From a virus, in the IMG/VR virus record IMGVR_UViG_3300028920_000043, positions 1 through 64,000 of that record: DNA of 64,000 nucleotides; one strand, given 5' to 3'. The translations under genes and the position numbers were made by a program. The notes under the pieces were generated by a model. The model was not told where the DNA came from. It made no database searches and saw only the letters and a program-made list of their open reading frames with translations. The stretch's first letter is position 1, and the number at the start of each line of letters is the position of its first letter. Shown here piece by piece: positions 54,054 to 63,108 of the stretch.

Positions 54054-55959
54054 TCGTTTCCTCCTTTCCAAGTTCTGTCAAACTTTTCACCTTGATATTG
54101 GGGCCATATAAAATTCCCGCATCGGTGATATTAAAAAACTCAATTTGCTTATAAGCGCTTGTCAATTCTACCAAGGTTTCTCGCATCTCGTTATAGAGCA
54201 GATTGGTAATTACTGCTCCGTCTTTAACATCCTTGGCAATCAATAAACCTTCTTTCTGAATATCCTCATATCTTATCGTCTCATCGTAATACTTTTTACC
54301 GCCGGTGTATGCCAAATCAACTCCACCAATAAGAATCTTTTTGCAACCCATACCGATCAAACAACTGATACCGGTAAATACAACGGATAAGGCAGATCCG
54401 AGAATCGTCAGTTTAACTTCATCCAGTATGTTAGGATGTACCGATCCAATTCCCATAGTATGGAAAAATCTCTTCTTACCCTTCCACGCTTTAATCACTT
54501 CAGGGTGAAGTACTGACGACGCCAGCATCTCATGCTTCGATGTATCCACTCCATCAAAATGCCTTACCACATTATCCTCTGGATGGATTGCAATAAAGTA
54601 GTCTGGCTCTATACCCCACTCACACATAATCCTGAAACCTGAATTAGCACCTATTACTATGCGCTTGGTTCTTCCCATCCCCAGAAATCCCTTCAAATCG
54701 TCTTTAATATTATTAACTGATGGTGCGGAGGAGATCAATACTCCCACCTTATCCTCAGACGATTTGAATAGATCATCCAGAGTTTTCGATTTGGAAAGCT
54801 CAGGTTTATTCCTCTTGAAGTTTTCTGCCCAAACATTCTTCCACGTATTCATGGTTAAATCATTCACCGCTTCTCTTGCATTTCCCAACGTAACTGGTAC
54901 CATAACTCTATTCTCATCAGCGCCAGTAAACTTCAAAACATCTTTGGCTCTGTTTTCATAAGTATGATTTTTTAGAACGTGACTTCTTGCTCGTGCAATC
55001 AACTGCTCACGTTCTTTTCTGTTCTTCATGTAGTGCTCTATGATCTTCGGTATCTCGTCTATCTCATCATAAAGTGCTACAATATCATCCGGAAATAGCT
55101 CCTTGACTGCTTCACGCTTTTTCCATGTCAGCAATAATGCTCCTGCCGCGGGCACTTCAAATACTCTCGGAGATACCGTGGTAGATAAAATCCCCGGATT
55201 GGTTCTTCCGTATTCAGAAACCATTTCGTTTCTGGGAATATCCAATGCTATCTTTGTACCGGCATCGAACTTCGCCATTTCTTCTATTGATACGCTTCCC
55301 CTTCTCCAAATAGAATTCAAATAATCCGACTTGAAATTTCTTCTTGAGTTTCCAACGATCTTCAAGCGGTACCGTTTCAATTCCTTTTCTAGCTTATCCA
55401 GTGCATCCATTCTTTCCGCGAATAATGATCCGCCAATTAAGACATCAGACAAATAGTTTCTGGGAACGCGGCGTGGGTAAAATACATTAGGATCCACAGC
55501 AGTGGGTAAGTACATCGTCTTATCTTCACCATGTACTTTTACTGTATTCTTTTCATTGGTAAAGACATAATCATAGTAAGGCGTGAATTCTTTTGAAACA
55601 TTTACCTGCTGAGGCTCATCTGTCAAATATACTGCTGTTTTGATTCCAAGCTTCTTTACATTGGTTATTATCCCAGTATGAATATTGGCACCATGAATGA
55701 CAAAGACAAAATCTATTGCATACCTCACGCAATAGTTCAAGATGCCTTGAGCAATAAGCTCAAAGAAATCATTCTTGGACATATTCAATTCTGGATCGAA
55801 TATCGAGTTTACTTGAATCGCTTTTTGAAAGAAATCCAAAACCCGATTGGTTTCATAATCCCAGACAGTATGCCCAAGACGCCGAAATGCTTCTGAAAAG
55901 CCTTCACCAACATCCTTCGTACTAAACGCAAATCCACTACCCACCATTAAAATATTCAT
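54031..55959 (-). CDS. CgeB-like GT-B glycosyltransferase fused to a MAF/DUF115-like domain
   Basis: N-terminal YLPTAVDP..F.P, RVFEVPAAG, HTYENRA; C-terminal ISSAPSV, GIEPDY, MGCKKI...GVDLAY. Confidence 0.78.
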   Translation of the reverse strand: MNILMVGSGFAFSTKDVGEGFSEAFRRLGHTVWDYETNRVLDFFQKAIQVNSIFDPELNMSKNDFFELIAQGILNYCVRYAIDFVFVIHGANIHTGIITNVKKLGIKTAVYLTDEPQQVNVSKEFTPYYDYVFTNEKNTVKVHGEDKTMYLPTAVDPNVFYPRRVPRNYLSDVLIGGSLFAERMDALDKLEKELKRYRLKIVGNSRRNFKSDYLNSIWRRGSVSIEEMAKFDAGTKIALDIPRNEMVSEYGRTNPGILSTTVSPRVFEVPAAGALLLTWKKREAVKELFPDDIVALYDEIDEIPKIIEHYMKNRKEREQLIARARSHVLKNHTYENRAKDVLKFTGADENRVMVPVTLGNAREAVNDLTMNTWKNVWAENFKRNKPELSKSKTLDDLFKSSEDKVGVLISSAPSVNNIKDDLKGFLGMGRTKRIVIGANSGFRIMCEWGIEPDYFIAIHPEDNVVRHFDGVDTSKHEMLASSVLHPEVIKAWKGKKRFFHTMGIGSVHPNILDEVKLTILGSALSVVFTGISCLIGMGCKKILIGGVDLAYTGGKKYYDETIRYEDIQKEGLLIAKDVKDGAVITNLLYNEMRETLVELTSAYKQIEFFNITDAGILYGPNIKVKSLTELGKEETNVSSSRK

Positions 55960-56002
55960 CCTAATCTTCTCCTAGAAACTCAATTGCCAATTATCCTAAT
56001 CT

Positions 56003-56383
56003 TCACGCAATCGATCTTAAAAAGTTAGCACTGAATGTAGCCCAATGCCTGTCTTCAGTGCCGTAAGACAAGCCCTGAAAAAAACAATTAGAATATTCAT
56101 AGGTAAAATCATACAAGGATGCCGGAGCTGATACCGCCGATAGCTGTTCCAGTAACTGCTGTAAGTAGGCTATCAATGTCATCCTGCTCCGAGTCTCTTG
56201 GGTGATCCAACCCGCCACTGAAAGAGACTGTTGACCCCCTCCGAGATCTTTAATATAAACTCCTTCGGCTCTCGGTATTTGTTCCGTCAGCAAATTACGC
56301 TCAACATTAGGAACAGCATAAGAATGAGTTCCAATCTTTACTGTTCCAAACGTAACTACCGAACCGTGTTGAAGTATTGCCAT
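56003..56383 (-). CDS. Distal tail (Dit)-like protein
   Basis: Directly follows the tape measure gene; IPRAEG...LGG...LSVAG pattern. Confidence 0.5.
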   Translation of the reverse strand: MAILQHGSVVTFGTVKIGTHSYAVPNVERNLLTEQIPRAEGVYIKDLGGGQQSLSVAGWITQETRSRMTLIAYLQQLLEQLSAVSAPASLYDFTYEYSNCFFQGLSYGTEDRHWATFSANFLRSIA

Positions 56384-58785
56384 TATCCGCTCCAGTAAGC
56401 TCTGCGTTCACTCAATGACGTTTGTCCGGATCCCTCAACTTCAAACTGACGTAACCGAACTTGAATAGCACCCAGAGCTTTTCGTTCTGCTTCGGTATTA
56501 ATATACTGCTTCTGTTGATCAATGAGATCTAAAAATCCCTTATATGTTTCTTCTTTCATTGTACGCGACTTGCCCAGCAACTCGCGCAGCAGTTTTACCT
56601 GTGATAGTAATTGTGGTACTACATTTCTGTCCTCAACCACTGCCTCTCCCCCAGTCTTTGCTTCCTTAGGCGCTACTGCTTTCTTTGCTTCGACCGACGC
56701 TGCTTTCATTCGAGAGCCAGCCTCTTTTGCAATACCAGCACCGAAAGGCTGTCCCTTTCCTACATCGGATACCTTCTTCCAAAGATTACCAATTTCTTGT
56801 TGCATCAAAGGAGTAATTCCCTTAACTTTGTTCCGCATATCATCAATCTTAGACTGAGGAATGAGATCCGGCGCTTTGGTTTCGATAATTTGCCGGAGAC
56901 CCTCATTTATGGTCTCACCAGCTTTCTTAGCTTGAATCTTTGCTATCTTGGAAGAGTCACCTAGAAAATCAACCTTTCTTACCTTGATTACTTTTTCCAA
57001 ACGCAAAGCATAAATGGTCTGCTGTGCCTTCTTAATAAAAAAATTCAAGGCATTGTTTAACGATGTAGTAATAGCGGCTGACATTTTCCAAAACATTTGC
57101 TGAGCAGTTCCTGATACTACCTTAAACATTCCAATCATTCTTCCCTTGAAGCTCGCCATCTGTTGCCAAATCCAATTTATTGCTTCGGCAACTTGAGTAG
57201 CCATGCTCCAGAAGGCTACTTGTACCGTTGGTATTGCAGCCTTGATTAATTGAATTCCGATTATGATTCCTTCATAAATTTTCTTTCCTACCCACATTGC
57301 CGCAGAACCAATTCCTCTTATGGTAGAAGTAATGGAACTGATTACTTCTTTGTTCTTTGCTAAATCCTGCAACTTCAAACCAAGCTGAGTAACCCCTTCT
57401 ACAAAAGCACTACCTGACTCTTTTGCAGGACCAAACAAGTCGATACCAATAGCTCCGACCATATCGATTATTCCGCGTGCCAATGAAGAAACCGCTACCC
57501 ATATTTTATTCACCATGGTTCTGAAAGTTTCTGAAGTTCTGACAGACTTCGCCACGGCGCCTATCCAGGCTGCGGTTCTTCTTATGATATTTGACAGCTT
57601 CTGGGAATACGTCTCGAATACTTCAATGGAAAGAGCCTGCATTGCCGACTTGAGAATATGCAAAGCAGGAAACAATCCTTTATCCATTTCCTTCTGCATT
57701 GAAATTGTTCTTCCTTCAATACCCTGCAATCCTGCTTGATATTTTTTGATTGCTACCGATCCTTTATCCAGTAGCGCCTTTACTGCTGGACCACCACGTT
57801 CACCAAACAACTCGAAAGCTGTTGCCGAATCCAATCCGGCCTTCTCCATCTTCTGAATGATCTCGGTGAGCGAATTGGTTTTGGGATCGAGATCCGCAAC
57901 CTCAAGGCCGTACTTCTTCAATGCCTTGGTCAATGCGGGAGAGGCCTTATACAAAGCTGAAAACATTCTCCTCAAACCTGTGCCGGCCATGCCTCCCTTC
58001 AAACCTGACTCCGCAAGAACGTCCAATGCCGCGGCGGCTTCTTTCACGCTTGTCTTCGCTGTTGTGATTGCCGGAGCCACGAACTTAAATGCTTCCTTCA
58101 TTTCCATTATATTGGTATTGGCTTGCGCTGAAGCAACAGTAACAATATCCATTACTTCTCCAGCATCCTTCACTTTCTTTGCCAATGGGCCATAAATACG
58201 AGCAACGATATCCGCAGAATCCGCTAATGCTATATTATTCGCTTGTGCTCCTGCAAGTACCGTACTCATAGCACCAATTGTTTTATCCGCATTGAATCCA
58301 GCACGAGTCAATAACTCCATACCATCCGCGGCTTCTTTAGCAGTGAACTTTGTAGTCGCTCCTAGATCTTTCGCTTTTGCCCTCATTCTATCCAGAGCTT
58401 CCGCAGTATAATTTCCTGCGCCGACCATTACTCCTTTTATAATGTTCATCTGCTTTTCAAATGTACCACCTACATAGGTCATTCCGGCAAATGCTATGGT
58501 TCCGATTGTCCCCATTCTCTTTGCCGCTCGACCCAAGCCCTGCACTCCATTGGCGGCCGCTGTTATTCCCTTACTCAATCCTGCAAACGAAACCGCTGCA
58601 ACCTTTCTCATGGATGCCGCCATGAGTGTAAGCGATTTAGAAGCAACTGAAGCAGAGGCAGCAACAGTCCGTGCCATTCCGGATAGTGACGCCAACTTTG
58701 CCGCCGCCATTCTTATGCCAGTATTGAATTTCCTTACATTGGCAGAAACACGAACTGAAAGATCACCAATCACTTGTGCAGGCAT
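56383..58785 (-). CDS. Tail tape measure protein (TP901 family)
   Basis: IGDLSVRV, AKDLGATTKFTAKEAA.GM..L.RAG, EAFKFVAP, GLKGGMAGTGLR; Ala-rich helical, 800 aa. Confidence 0.93.
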   Translation of the reverse strand: MPAQVIGDLSVRVSANVRKFNTGIRMAAAKLASLSGMARTVAASASVASKSLTLMAASMRKVAAVSFAGLSKGITAAANGVQGLGRAAKRMGTIGTIAFAGMTYVGGTFEKQMNIIKGVMVGAGNYTAEALDRMRAKAKDLGATTKFTAKEAADGMELLTRAGFNADKTIGAMSTVLAGAQANNIALADSADIVARIYGPLAKKVKDAGEVMDIVTVASAQANTNIMEMKEAFKFVAPAITTAKTSVKEAAAALDVLAESGLKGGMAGTGLRRMFSALYKASPALTKALKKYGLEVADLDPKTNSLTEIIQKMEKAGLDSATAFELFGERGGPAVKALLDKGSVAIKKYQAGLQGIEGRTISMQKEMDKGLFPALHILKSAMQALSIEVFETYSQKLSNIIRRTAAWIGAVAKSVRTSETFRTMVNKIWVAVSSLARGIIDMVGAIGIDLFGPAKESGSAFVEGVTQLGLKLQDLAKNKEVISSITSTIRGIGSAAMWVGKKIYEGIIIGIQLIKAAIPTVQVAFWSMATQVAEAINWIWQQMASFKGRMIGMFKVVSGTAQQMFWKMSAAITTSLNNALNFFIKKAQQTIYALRLEKVIKVRKVDFLGDSSKIAKIQAKKAGETINEGLRQIIETKAPDLIPQSKIDDMRNKVKGITPLMQQEIGNLWKKVSDVGKGQPFGAGIAKEAGSRMKAASVEAKKAVAPKEAKTGGEAVVEDRNVVPQLLSQVKLLRELLGKSRTMKEETYKGFLDLIDQQKQYINTEAERKALGAIQVRLRQFEVEGSGQTSLSERRAYWSG

Positions 58786-58786
58786 A

Positions 58787-59122
58787 TCAACTCCTTGCTT
58801 TCGCTTTCGCTACATTCAAACACGCTTGCCGAGTGTCCATGACTATTGAACCATCCTGCTTATCCGGATCAACTCCATGCAGAATGAACCACGCTCTCAA
58901 TCCGTCTTCGGAATCGCAGTCTATAACATCCTTTCTTTTTGATGAAGGCAAAGAATCAGGATGTTCTGATAATGCCAATTCCAAATCTTCTTGATCTTCT
59001 CCTATCCGTTTGAGAAGCTCAAAAGCCATAGTAGAATCCAGGCTCTCGATATACTCAATGGACCATCCATAGGACGTAGCAAGTCTATGGATTAAATCGA
59101 CAAGGTTTATTCCGAAGGGTTT
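58787..59122 (-). CDS. Tail assembly chaperone gpT segment, reached by -1 frameshift
   Basis: The -1 frame is open from 59122 (KPFGINLVDLIHRLATSYGWSIEYIESL...) into ORF 58787-59029. Confidence 0.75.
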   Translation of the reverse strand, partial: KPFGINLVDLIHRLATSYGWSIEYIESLDSTMAFELLKRIGEDQEDLELALSEHPDSLPSSKRKDVIDCDSEDGLRAWFILHGVDPDKQDGSIVMDTRQACLNVAKAKARS

Positions 59123-59442
59123 TCAGCTTCTGAATCTCCTTCGTTCTGTTTGGGCATTTTTCCCGAAATCAAGTCGGTAATTATTTCAACGTCTCCCATA
59201 TCCACGACTTTACTCACCCTCTCTTCAGTTATATCTGAATGAGTACGCCGTGCTGATGCCGTGAACAAACGAAGGATTAACTGCCACTGTTCGATGATAG
59301 GCGTTTGATCTCCTTCTGCGTTCAACTTCATCAGCTTTTCCAGATCTTCACCATGCTGCATCATCTGCTCTATGGTGTACGGGCGAAACGTTACTTGCTC
59401 ACTACCATCCTCCGACTTCAATACTACCCTTACCTTACTCAT
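59107..59442 (-). CDS. Tail assembly chaperone gpG
   Basis: Lies between tail tube and tape measure genes; ends with slippery A-AAC-CCT. Confidence 0.78.
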   Translation of the reverse strand: MSKVRVVLKSEDGSEQVTFRPYTIEQMMQHGEDLEKLMKLNAEGDQTPIIEQWQLILRLFTASARRTHSDITEERVSKVVDMGDVEIITDLISGKMPKQNEGDSEAENPSE

Positions 59443-59483
59443 AATAATCCTCTCCTTCGTTAAAAATGAAACATGCTACTTGC

Positions 59484-59882
59484 TTATGACGTTTGCTTCG
59501 TCATATCACTTCCCGGATCGATCTGCCGGAAGGTAAATGTACCGGTGACATAATCGGTCTGGGCTGAACTGATTTCGTGAGAAACCAATTTGCATCCCGC
59601 GATAGTACCGACCAAGCCACCACTGTTCTTTCCAACACCCAGAACCACATCGACCTTAGCACCATCCAAGATATCCTGGATATTGCCATACGTGTTGATT
59701 CTGATTGCCGTTGCTGTGATCTCAACCGACATATCGCCGAGTTCGATTGCCAAGGGTAAACGATAATCTCCACCGCGCAGTTCTTCCGGCGAACCATCAT
59801 AGCTCACAGTGCAATCTTGCAGGGTACCGATGTCATTGCCACCCATCTGCAATGTTCCAACTGAAAAACGATACTTAGCCAT
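59484..59882 (-). CDS. Major tail tube protein
   Basis: 132 aa, beta-rich, directly upstream of the chaperones. Confidence 0.65.
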   Translation of the reverse strand: MAKYRFSVGTLQMGGNDIGTLQDCTVSYDGSPEELRGGDYRLPLAIELGDMSVEITATAIRINTYGNIQDILDGAKVDVVLGVGKNSGGLVGTIAGCKLVSHEISSAQTDYVTGTFTFRQIDPGSDMTKQTS

Positions 59883-59903
59883 TTATAATCTCCTTCTCAA
59901 AGA

Positions 59904-61166
59904 TTAAGTTAACAAAGAGCTGACTGTCTCAATCCTAGAATCCCATGAGCATTCAAGAACTTCTTTATACAGATTTTCAGCTCTTAAATTTCTTTCAGAG
60001 CTATCTCGCTCTACTGCTTTCATTTTATCAACCAAATCATCCTCATCTACAACTGCAAATTCTTCTCCTTTATAATAATCAGAAGTACCCAAATAAAGAT
60101 CTTTATCCGCTTCCCGAAATCCTTTCACGCGCACCAAATAAGAATTGCCGTGGTTCAAATAGTCTCGGAATCCACCCCAATCTGTTTGAATCACTGGCTT
60201 CTTCATAGCACCGAATTGCAATCCGGGCAACCATGTACTTTCTCCCTTGGAAGCGCCGATACCACAATCCATTCTTGCCATGAGATGCGGCATTAAATTC
60301 GGATGAAGCGAAACATCACAGATCTTTATTGTAGGAATCTGTGAGTTAAGGAAATCAGACGTTATATCAGAATACTCTTTTTGTATCGTCCAATGATCCT
60401 TTATGAATCTCTTCCAACCATAAGGCCGATTTGAATACTTGGCAAACATTAAAAGAGCCACGTCCTTCCGGCCTTCAAAAGCACGAATAAAACTTCTTAC
60501 TATTTCCTTCACTCCTTTTCTCGCATTCCATGATCCAACGAATCCAAAAACAAACTTATCCTGCAATCCTTCAATCTTCATGGGTTCCACGTTTGGATTA
60601 TACTTGTTAATATCGACACCCAAACGAACTACCTTTACCGAGCATCCGGTTACTTTCAAATACTCGAATCTCACCTTGTCCAATGGCGTAGGCATCCAAA
60701 CTTCGTCCACCTGATCAAACCATTTCTTCATATACTTTGGAAACTTTCGGCTCTCCGTCATCGTCCACGCTATTTTTGTTTTTACTTTCCGCTTCCTTTC
60801 ATGCCACATCCAACCAGGGCCGGCAATCAATAGCATAGTAGCCTTTTTTGGATTGACTCTCCGGAATGTATAGCGTAGAATTCGCTGATACTCAAATGGA
60901 TCCAGATCTATCAGCGATGGTATTTTCTCAAGCTGTATGTGAAACTTATGACTCTCATCCAATCGTGTCAATACTTCTCTCGTATGCTCCGCATATCCTC
61001 CAAGAAAATCAGTGAAGCCTTTTATCAATAATGGAGTGCTGTCAATATTAGACAATGAAAAGAAATTAAATGTCCGATCATTACAAGTCACGGATTCCAA
61101 GCTCTCTGGATTGAGCGTTGGAAAATCAGACTTCTTTTGGTTTACTTTTCTTGTATCTAACTTCAT
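59904..61166 (-). CDS. GT4-family glycosyltransferase
   Basis: GGYAEH, WTMTES, LGVD, FVGSWNARKG, SKGESTWLPGLQ..AM.KPVI.T.WGG. Confidence 0.85.
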   Translation of the reverse strand: MKLDTRKVNQKKSDFPTLNPESLESVTCNDRTFNFFSLSNIDSTPLLIKGFTDFLGGYAEHTREVLTRLDESHKFHIQLEKIPSLIDLDPFEYQRILRYTFRRVNPKKATMLLIAGPGWMWHERKRKVKTKIAWTMTESRKFPKYMKKWFDQVDEVWMPTPLDKVRFEYLKVTGCSVKVVRLGVDINKYNPNVEPMKIEGLQDKFVFGFVGSWNARKGVKEIVRSFIRAFEGRKDVALLMFAKYSNRPYGWKRFIKDHWTIQKEYSDITSDFLNSQIPTIKICDVSLHPNLMPHLMARMDCGIGASKGESTWLPGLQFGAMKKPVIQTDWGGFRDYLNHGNSYLVRVKGFREADKDLYLGTSDYYKGEEFAVVDEDDLVDKMKAVERDSSERNLRAENLYKEVLECSWDSRIETVSSLLT

Positions 61167-61648
61167 TTCATCTTATACACTTTCTTGAACCGACTCAATA
61201 ATACGCGCTCACCATATTTGATTGCCGGCCTCATAAACGGTTGTTTCTTTTGTCCTTTGACCCTCTTTCTTACTATCTCTGTTCCATCCGGCAACTCAAA
61301 TGCCATTGCTTCCTGCGTCTTCGGATAGATCCATTGCTTCTTCGGACCGTACATTCCAGTTCCATACTCAACAAAGTACGCATAAGGAATATCTGTCTTT
61401 CCTTGCATCCGTGTTCCAACATAACCCTCAAAAACATGAGGACCGCTTTTGGTCATCCAACTCTCAATGCTTGCTGCCAAAGCACCTGATTCACCAACCG
61501 GAGCTTTTTCAGTTGCTCGCGTCTCCACCGCCAGCAGTATTTGCTGAAATGCCATCTTTGCTTCCAATTGCTTTTGTTTGCGAACCATTGCAAACTTCCG
61601 CATGAGGCTTGGAAGCCCGATGACTTTTATCTCTACTACGCCTGCCAT
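61163..61648 (-). CDS. HK97 gp10-like tail completion protein
   Basis: APV.ESG.L..SI, YA.FVEYGTG, GQKKQPFMRPA. Confidence 0.85.
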   Translation of the reverse strand: MAGVVEIKVIGLPSLMRKFAMVRKQKQLEAKMAFQQILLAVETRATEKAPVGESGALAASIESWMTKSGPHVFEGYVGTRMQGKTDIPYAYFVEYGTGMYGPKKQWIYPKTQEAMAFELPDGTEIVRKRVKGQKKQPFMRPAIKYGERVLLSRFKKVYKMK

Positions 61649-61995
61649 CAGTCGTTCTCGTCATCAGTATGCTGAATCTCATCAGCAAGAATTTCCAAAT
61701 GATGTCCTTGTCCACCTGCATCGTGAGGCTTAATTATTTTATACCTATCCGAGTTGACCCAGATCTCGTAGTTATTTTTTACTGGCGCATTGATAGAAGC
61801 GAAGATAACCACATCGGCATTTGTAACTTCACCAAACTCCTCCTGCTCCTCCTTAGCGCTTATGGGCTGAACTCGAACTCTAACCTCTGATGCTATGATC
61901 TGCAGAACATTCTTGGACTCACCGAACTCGTTTACCGATCCAGCAGTCCATTTCTTAATAACGGCCGTAGTATTCAATAAAGAACTGAAAGACAT
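61648..61995 (-). CDS. Head closure (SPP1 gp16-like) protein
   Basis: NEFGE, RVQPISAKE, HHLEI. Confidence 0.75.
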   Translation of the reverse strand: MSFSSLLNTTAVIKKWTAGSVNEFGESKNVLQIIASEVRVRVQPISAKEEQEEFGEVTNADVVIFASINAPVKNNYEIWVNSDRYKIIKPHDAGGQGHHLEILADEIQHTDDEND

Positions 61996-62012
61996 TTCTG
62001 ATTCCTCAAGAC

Positions 62013-62447
62013 TTATGGATCGTTGTTTGCTGGATCTTCCTCATACACCGTGTCAAAGTTTATTGGGTATGACCATATATCCAGATCAGAATCATATACC
62101 GCGAATCCTCCTCCCGACTTTACAAACAAGTTTACTACCAAGCCACCGGTGCTCAGTGCTACATTCTGTTTGTTTAGTAAGGTAATCAATCGCTCACCAA
62201 TATCACTCACCAATGTCTTGTAAGGCTGATCATCCGACCCCTTGACCCACGCAGTAATTATTATGGTGTCGCTTGCTGATGGAAATACAGCATGGCTCTC
62301 GCCAGGCGTCTCGCGTATAGTGATCATCGGATAAGTCATGTCCTTCTCAGGATCGACCCATCCGGTTTTGACTTTCTTAACAGGACTGGGATAGAGCTGG
62401 TTGTCCTGCATTATTCGCGTCAGGATATTTGGAATTAACAATGGCAT
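62013..62447 (-). CDS. Tail terminator-like protein
   Basis: YPMITI motif, size and position among the neck genes. Confidence 0.55.
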   Translation of the reverse strand: MPLLIPNILTRIMQDNQLYPSPVKKVKTGWVDPEKDMTYPMITIRETPGESHAVFPSASDTIIITAWVKGSDDQPYKTLVSDIGERLITLLNKQNVALSTGGLVVNLFVKSGGGFAVYDSDLDIWSYPINFDTVYEEDPANNDP

Positions 62448-63097
62448 TATATTGCCTCCCCTACTATATCACCCGCACCACCATACCGAGACATGATGTC
62501 ATCCATCTCCTCTTCGATGACTTGCTTGGGCGATAACGTTTCACCGGTTGACTTTTTCTTGTAGGAGTATCGACCAATCGTCTCGGCTATGATGTCACCG
62601 GTTGCTTCTCCTCCTTTGAACGTCAACGCTTTCTTGACCACAAACAAAGTGGCGAGTGCTATAATATCATTCGGAACTGTTGGCCATCCGAATATGCCAG
62701 TGATCTCGATATTCAACAGTCCGCGTTTCTCCGGGGAGTAATCAGGGCTTATCGTCCTGACGTAAGAACCGTCCACTTGCAAGTCCGAAAGATCATCCGC
62801 CCAACTGGTCAGGCGGATGTATCCTTCTGAAGTGTAGATCTTCATATTTGCAGCATCAACTTCGTTGCCATCAATCTTCAGACTGGAAATAGATTGGATC
62901 GGACCATGGGTCTCTCGCTGATTGATGTCGATGAAGTTCGAGTCAATCGAATCTATCTCTATTGTTTCTGATTCGGTATTGCCGAACTTTCCAAGATTAG
63001 AATTCACAAAATCATCTGCTTCTTGGATCCATGTATCCGGAATATCCGCTTCGGCAATGCCATACTCTGTTACTTTTGTTTTATTTGTATATGGCAT
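62447..63097 (-). CDS. Head-tail adaptor (gp15/gp6-like)
   Basis: PIQSISSL, GWPTVPNDI, ETIGRYSY. Confidence 0.72.
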   Translation of the reverse strand: MPYTNKTKVTEYGIAEADIPDTWIQEADDFVNSNLGKFGNTESETIEIDSIDSNFIDINQRETHGPIQSISSLKIDGNEVDAANMKIYTSEGYIRLTSWADDLSDLQVDGSYVRTISPDYSPEKRGLLNIEITGIFGWPTVPNDIIALATLFVVKKALTFKGGEATGDIIAETIGRYSYKKKSTGETLSPKQVIEEEMDDIMSRYGGAGDIVGEAI

Positions 63098-63108
63098 TTC
63101 CTATCTCC

